Program-made: the position numbers and the translations under genes
In this document: positions 60,933-64,000 of the stretch, piece by piece
Layout of the letters: each line of letters opens with the position of its first letter
How positions within the stretch are numbered: position 1 is the first letter of the stretch
The notes under the pieces: model-generated
Databases searched by the model: none
Told to the model about the DNA's origin: nothing
Seen by the model: only the letters and a program-made list of their open reading frames with translations
Assembly (NCBI GenBank): GCA_001949185.1
Contig: BDGG01000002.1
Span: 7,368,448 to 7,432,447, forward strand
Reading direction: 5' to 3'
DNA length: 64,000 bases
Origin: Ramazzottius varieornatus
Taxonomy: Eukaryota > Animalia > Tardigrada

Positions 60933-63900
60933 TCAACCGCTGCAGGATTCGCAAGCTTCTCGGTTCTGGAGCGAGCAAGTGATTTCGGCCATTCTTTCTG
61001 CAGCTTGCGCTTCTTTGGCCAATTTCTGCAAAAGCAAGGCAACATGGAAAATGGATGAACCATGGAAATACGATTCTGGATCTAATTAACGGAAATCTCG
61101 GCTTACCTCTGAAGTACTTCCGCCCTTCATCAAGGCTTGCACCTTCTGCTTGTCCACCGTAAACTGAATAGCGTTCGCAGCCGGCTTCGTTCGCAGGTAG
61201 TACATCCCGGTCTTCAGACCCTATTCGAAACATCAACAGTGTGTAATAAGCGCGCAAGAAGCTGTTTCACGCCAAGGGCAAACTACTGTACACGCACGAA
61301 GAGAAATTATGGACCACGCCTTTTCGCTTTGGGGGTACAGAAGCACGTACGTACGTGACCGATCTACACTGATACATTTTTCGACTCTCTTCTACGACTG
61401 AATTTTCATTTTGCCGTCTTCTTTCACCCTGGCCCATAATATCTCTTCGTCAATTCGTGCATGTACTTACCAAAGTCCATCCGTAGAAATGCATGCTAGT
61501 CAGCTTCGCAAAGTTCGGTTCGGCAATGTGGATGTTCAAGGACTGACTCTGGCAGATGAAGGCTCCACGATCCGCCGCCATCTTGATAATGCTCTTCTGC
61601 GGAATTTCCCAGACTGTGCGGTAGAGCAACTTGAGATCATCAGGTATACCGGCGATGCGCTGCAATAGAACAAACAAAGACAAGCTCAAGAAAACTCTCG
61701 GGTTCATCAGTATCCAAAATTAAGAGCTTAGTGAAAGCACCTGGCAAGACTGATTTCCCACGTGGCGCGTGTTTCCACTGTTGTCGGATGTAAGCGTGCG
61801 CCACTTGAGAGATCGATCTTATGTAGTTCATCCGATTGGCGCACGCTTTGATTAGCGCTGACTGAAGACGTGCGCCACTTGGGAAAACAATCTTGTCGAG
61901 TTTCTTTGATCTTTACCGAGTTCAAACTTTACGAAACCATCAATTAAATTATCAAAGGAAACGGCGAGAGTGGCTTACCTGGACGGAACCGTTGGCCGCG
62001 ATGAGTTCGTTCTTCATGTCGCCGTTCCACAAGCTACGTTCTGTGAGGTCACGAAGAAGGTGTTGGTTGACGACTTGGAACTCGCCAGAGAGGACTCGAC
62101 GAGCGAAGATGTTGCTGGTGTAGGGTTCGATGCTTTCATTGTTCCCGAGAATCTGCGCGGTGCTGGCGGTAGGCATGGGAGCCAGGAGAAGACTGTTACG
62201 GAGACCATGCTGGGCGATCTTTGCCTTGAGAGCTGCCCAGTCGTGCAGATTGGAAGGTGTCACATTCCACATGTCATACTGGAGAATCTGTAAAACTAAA
62301 GGTAAAAACAAAAAGCTCGTAAACCTAAACGGCTATGAGATGGAAACTTACTCCTCGGCTAGTAGGACTTCCGGCATAGGTTTCGTAAGGTCCGTGCTGT
62401 TCTGCTAACTCGCAACTCTAAAAAAGAAGGTCCAGTCATCGTTGATCGACACGATAGGGAGAAAGTCTCATTAAAGTAATATTGAAAAACTAACCGCTTC
62501 CAGTGCACCGTAGTAGATGGTCTCGAAAATCTGAATGTTCAGTTTCTGTGCTTCGGGACTGTCGAAAGGAAAGCGCATGAGAATAAAGGCGTCGGCCAAA
62601 CCCTGGACGCCGATGCCGATGGGTCGGTGGCGGAAGTTGCTGCGTTTGGTCTGATTGACCACAAAAAAAACATAATGCAAAATCACCCCGCCACCTACAA
62701 GAAGTAGCGTCTTACTTCGGGAGTGGGATAGTAGTTCACGTCGATGATCTTGTTCAGATTGTACGTGATGATCTTGCTCATTTCCTTCAGCTTGTCAAAG
62801 TCGAAGGTAGCGTTGTCATTGACGTACATGTTCAGCGCGATCGACGCCAAGTTGCATACGGCAGTCTAGAAAAATATCCGGAGAAAATTATCAAAATTGG
62901 CCCCACAGACAAAACAGAATCAGAAACGGTTGAATCCCATACCTCTTCTGGAGAGCTGTACTCGACGATCTCCGTGCACAGATTCGAGCACTTGATGGTA
63001 CCCAAGTTTTGCTGGTTGCTCTTTCGGTTGCAGTGGTCCTTGTAAACGATGAAAGGACTTCCGGTTTCTGCCTGAGCGTCCAGGATGGCGTGCCACAGTT
63101 TTTGAGCCGGGATGCGCTTCTTGTAGCGACCTCCTTGTTCGTACCTGGATAACACAATACGTGCTTCAGCCTTTTGATGTAAAATGGAAACGATGCTAGA
63201 AGACTTACCGATTATATAGTTCCTCGAACTCTTCGCCCCAAACGTCCGACAGTCCGGGGCTTTCGTGTGGGCACATCAAACACCAGTCGCCGTTCTCCTG
63301 GACGCGACGCATGAAGAGGTCGGGGATCCACAAGGCCAGAAAGAGATCTCGGGCTCGTTGCTCCTCGGACCCGGTGTTCTTCCGCAGTTCCAGAAAGTCG
63401 AAGACATCGGCGTGCCACGGCTCCAAGTAGATAGCGAAGGCACCCGGACGCTACAAAACCCGAATAAGCTCACGTTCACATCCTCTCACCCCCTCACAAC
63501 TTTCTTATAGACCGCTATCGGGGTTACTTACGATCTTACCTTATTGCCACCTTGGTCAACGTAGCGCGCTGTTGCGTTGTAGACTCGCAACATCGGCAAG
63601 AGTCCGTTCGAAATGCCATTCGTCTGCAAAATAAAAACCTGGTTAATGCTTCATTCATTGGGTTCTAATATTTTACAAACTTACACCAGCGATGTAAGAG
63701 CCAGTAGCGCGAATGCAATGGACATTCAGACCGATACCGCCGGCGGATTTCGAGATCATTGCGCACTGCTTCAGCGTGTCATAAATACCTTCGATGCTGT
63801 CGTCTTTCATGGTCAACAGGAAGCAACTATAGTTGGGAGAAACAGGGTAAAAACTTCAGAATACGCGACCTAGGCAAGCCAGTTCGCAATATTATTATTC

Positions 63901-64000
63901 CAAGTGGCGCACATTTTCAGCTAAAAATACTGCAAACGTGCGCCACTTGGGCAATAAATCTTATCAAGTTTGTTCACCGAGATCTCATGATTATAATAAT
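60933..64000 (-). CDS. RRM1: Ribonucleoside-diphosphate reductase large subunit, 3' part, multi-exon
   Basis: [72 protein letters not shown]-terminal CESCSG. Confidence 0.98.
61759..61881. repeat. Intronic palindrome family, tandem two-unit copy (RRM1)
   Basis: cacgtggcgcgt-N25-gtgcgccacttg-N25-cgattggcgcac-N25-gtgcgccacttg. Confidence 0.9.
63901..63949. repeat. Intronic palindrome family copy (RRM1)
   Basis: caagtggcgcac-N25-gtgcgccacttg (perfect arms). Confidence 0.92.

Noticed and set aside
5184-63949. CRISPR-like reading of the repeat with constant-length variable spacers
   Set aside because: The arms are inverted rather than direct repeats, copies are dispersed in eukaryotic introns, spacers retain a faint shared consensus, and there are no cas genes.

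Overview
Eukaryotic, intron-containing, gene-dense animal DNA with short GT-AG introns. It would fit a compact invertebrate genome such as a tardigrade, but that is inference. Conserved genes: a Munc13-4/BAIAP3-like gene (partial), POLQ, a secreted LRR protein, mitochondrial EF-G1, a three-dsRBD Loquacious/TRBP-like protein, DnaJ type A, BOP1, a CREBZF-like bZIP and RRM1 (partial). Unusual genes: an intact 6-exon orphan, a broken SMYD gene, and a CUB/EGF/Ig/HRM/GAIN receptor with a single TM helix instead of the 7TM of adhesion GPCRs. Mobile DNA: a Tc4/Tc5-type transposon in a CTNAG site, a decayed P/THAP9-type transposase preceded by an SGNH-esterase-like domain, an internally deleted LINE RT, a hAT-type non-autonomous element and five TA-flanked MITEs. 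The most striking unexplained signal is a ~130-bp palindromic element with core CAAGTGGCGCAC-N25-GTGCGCCACTTG. I found it at 16 loci, all in introns of 8 different genes, with conserved arms, a strongly diverged spacer and near-invariant spacer length. All calls come from reading the sequence by eye; no database search was run.
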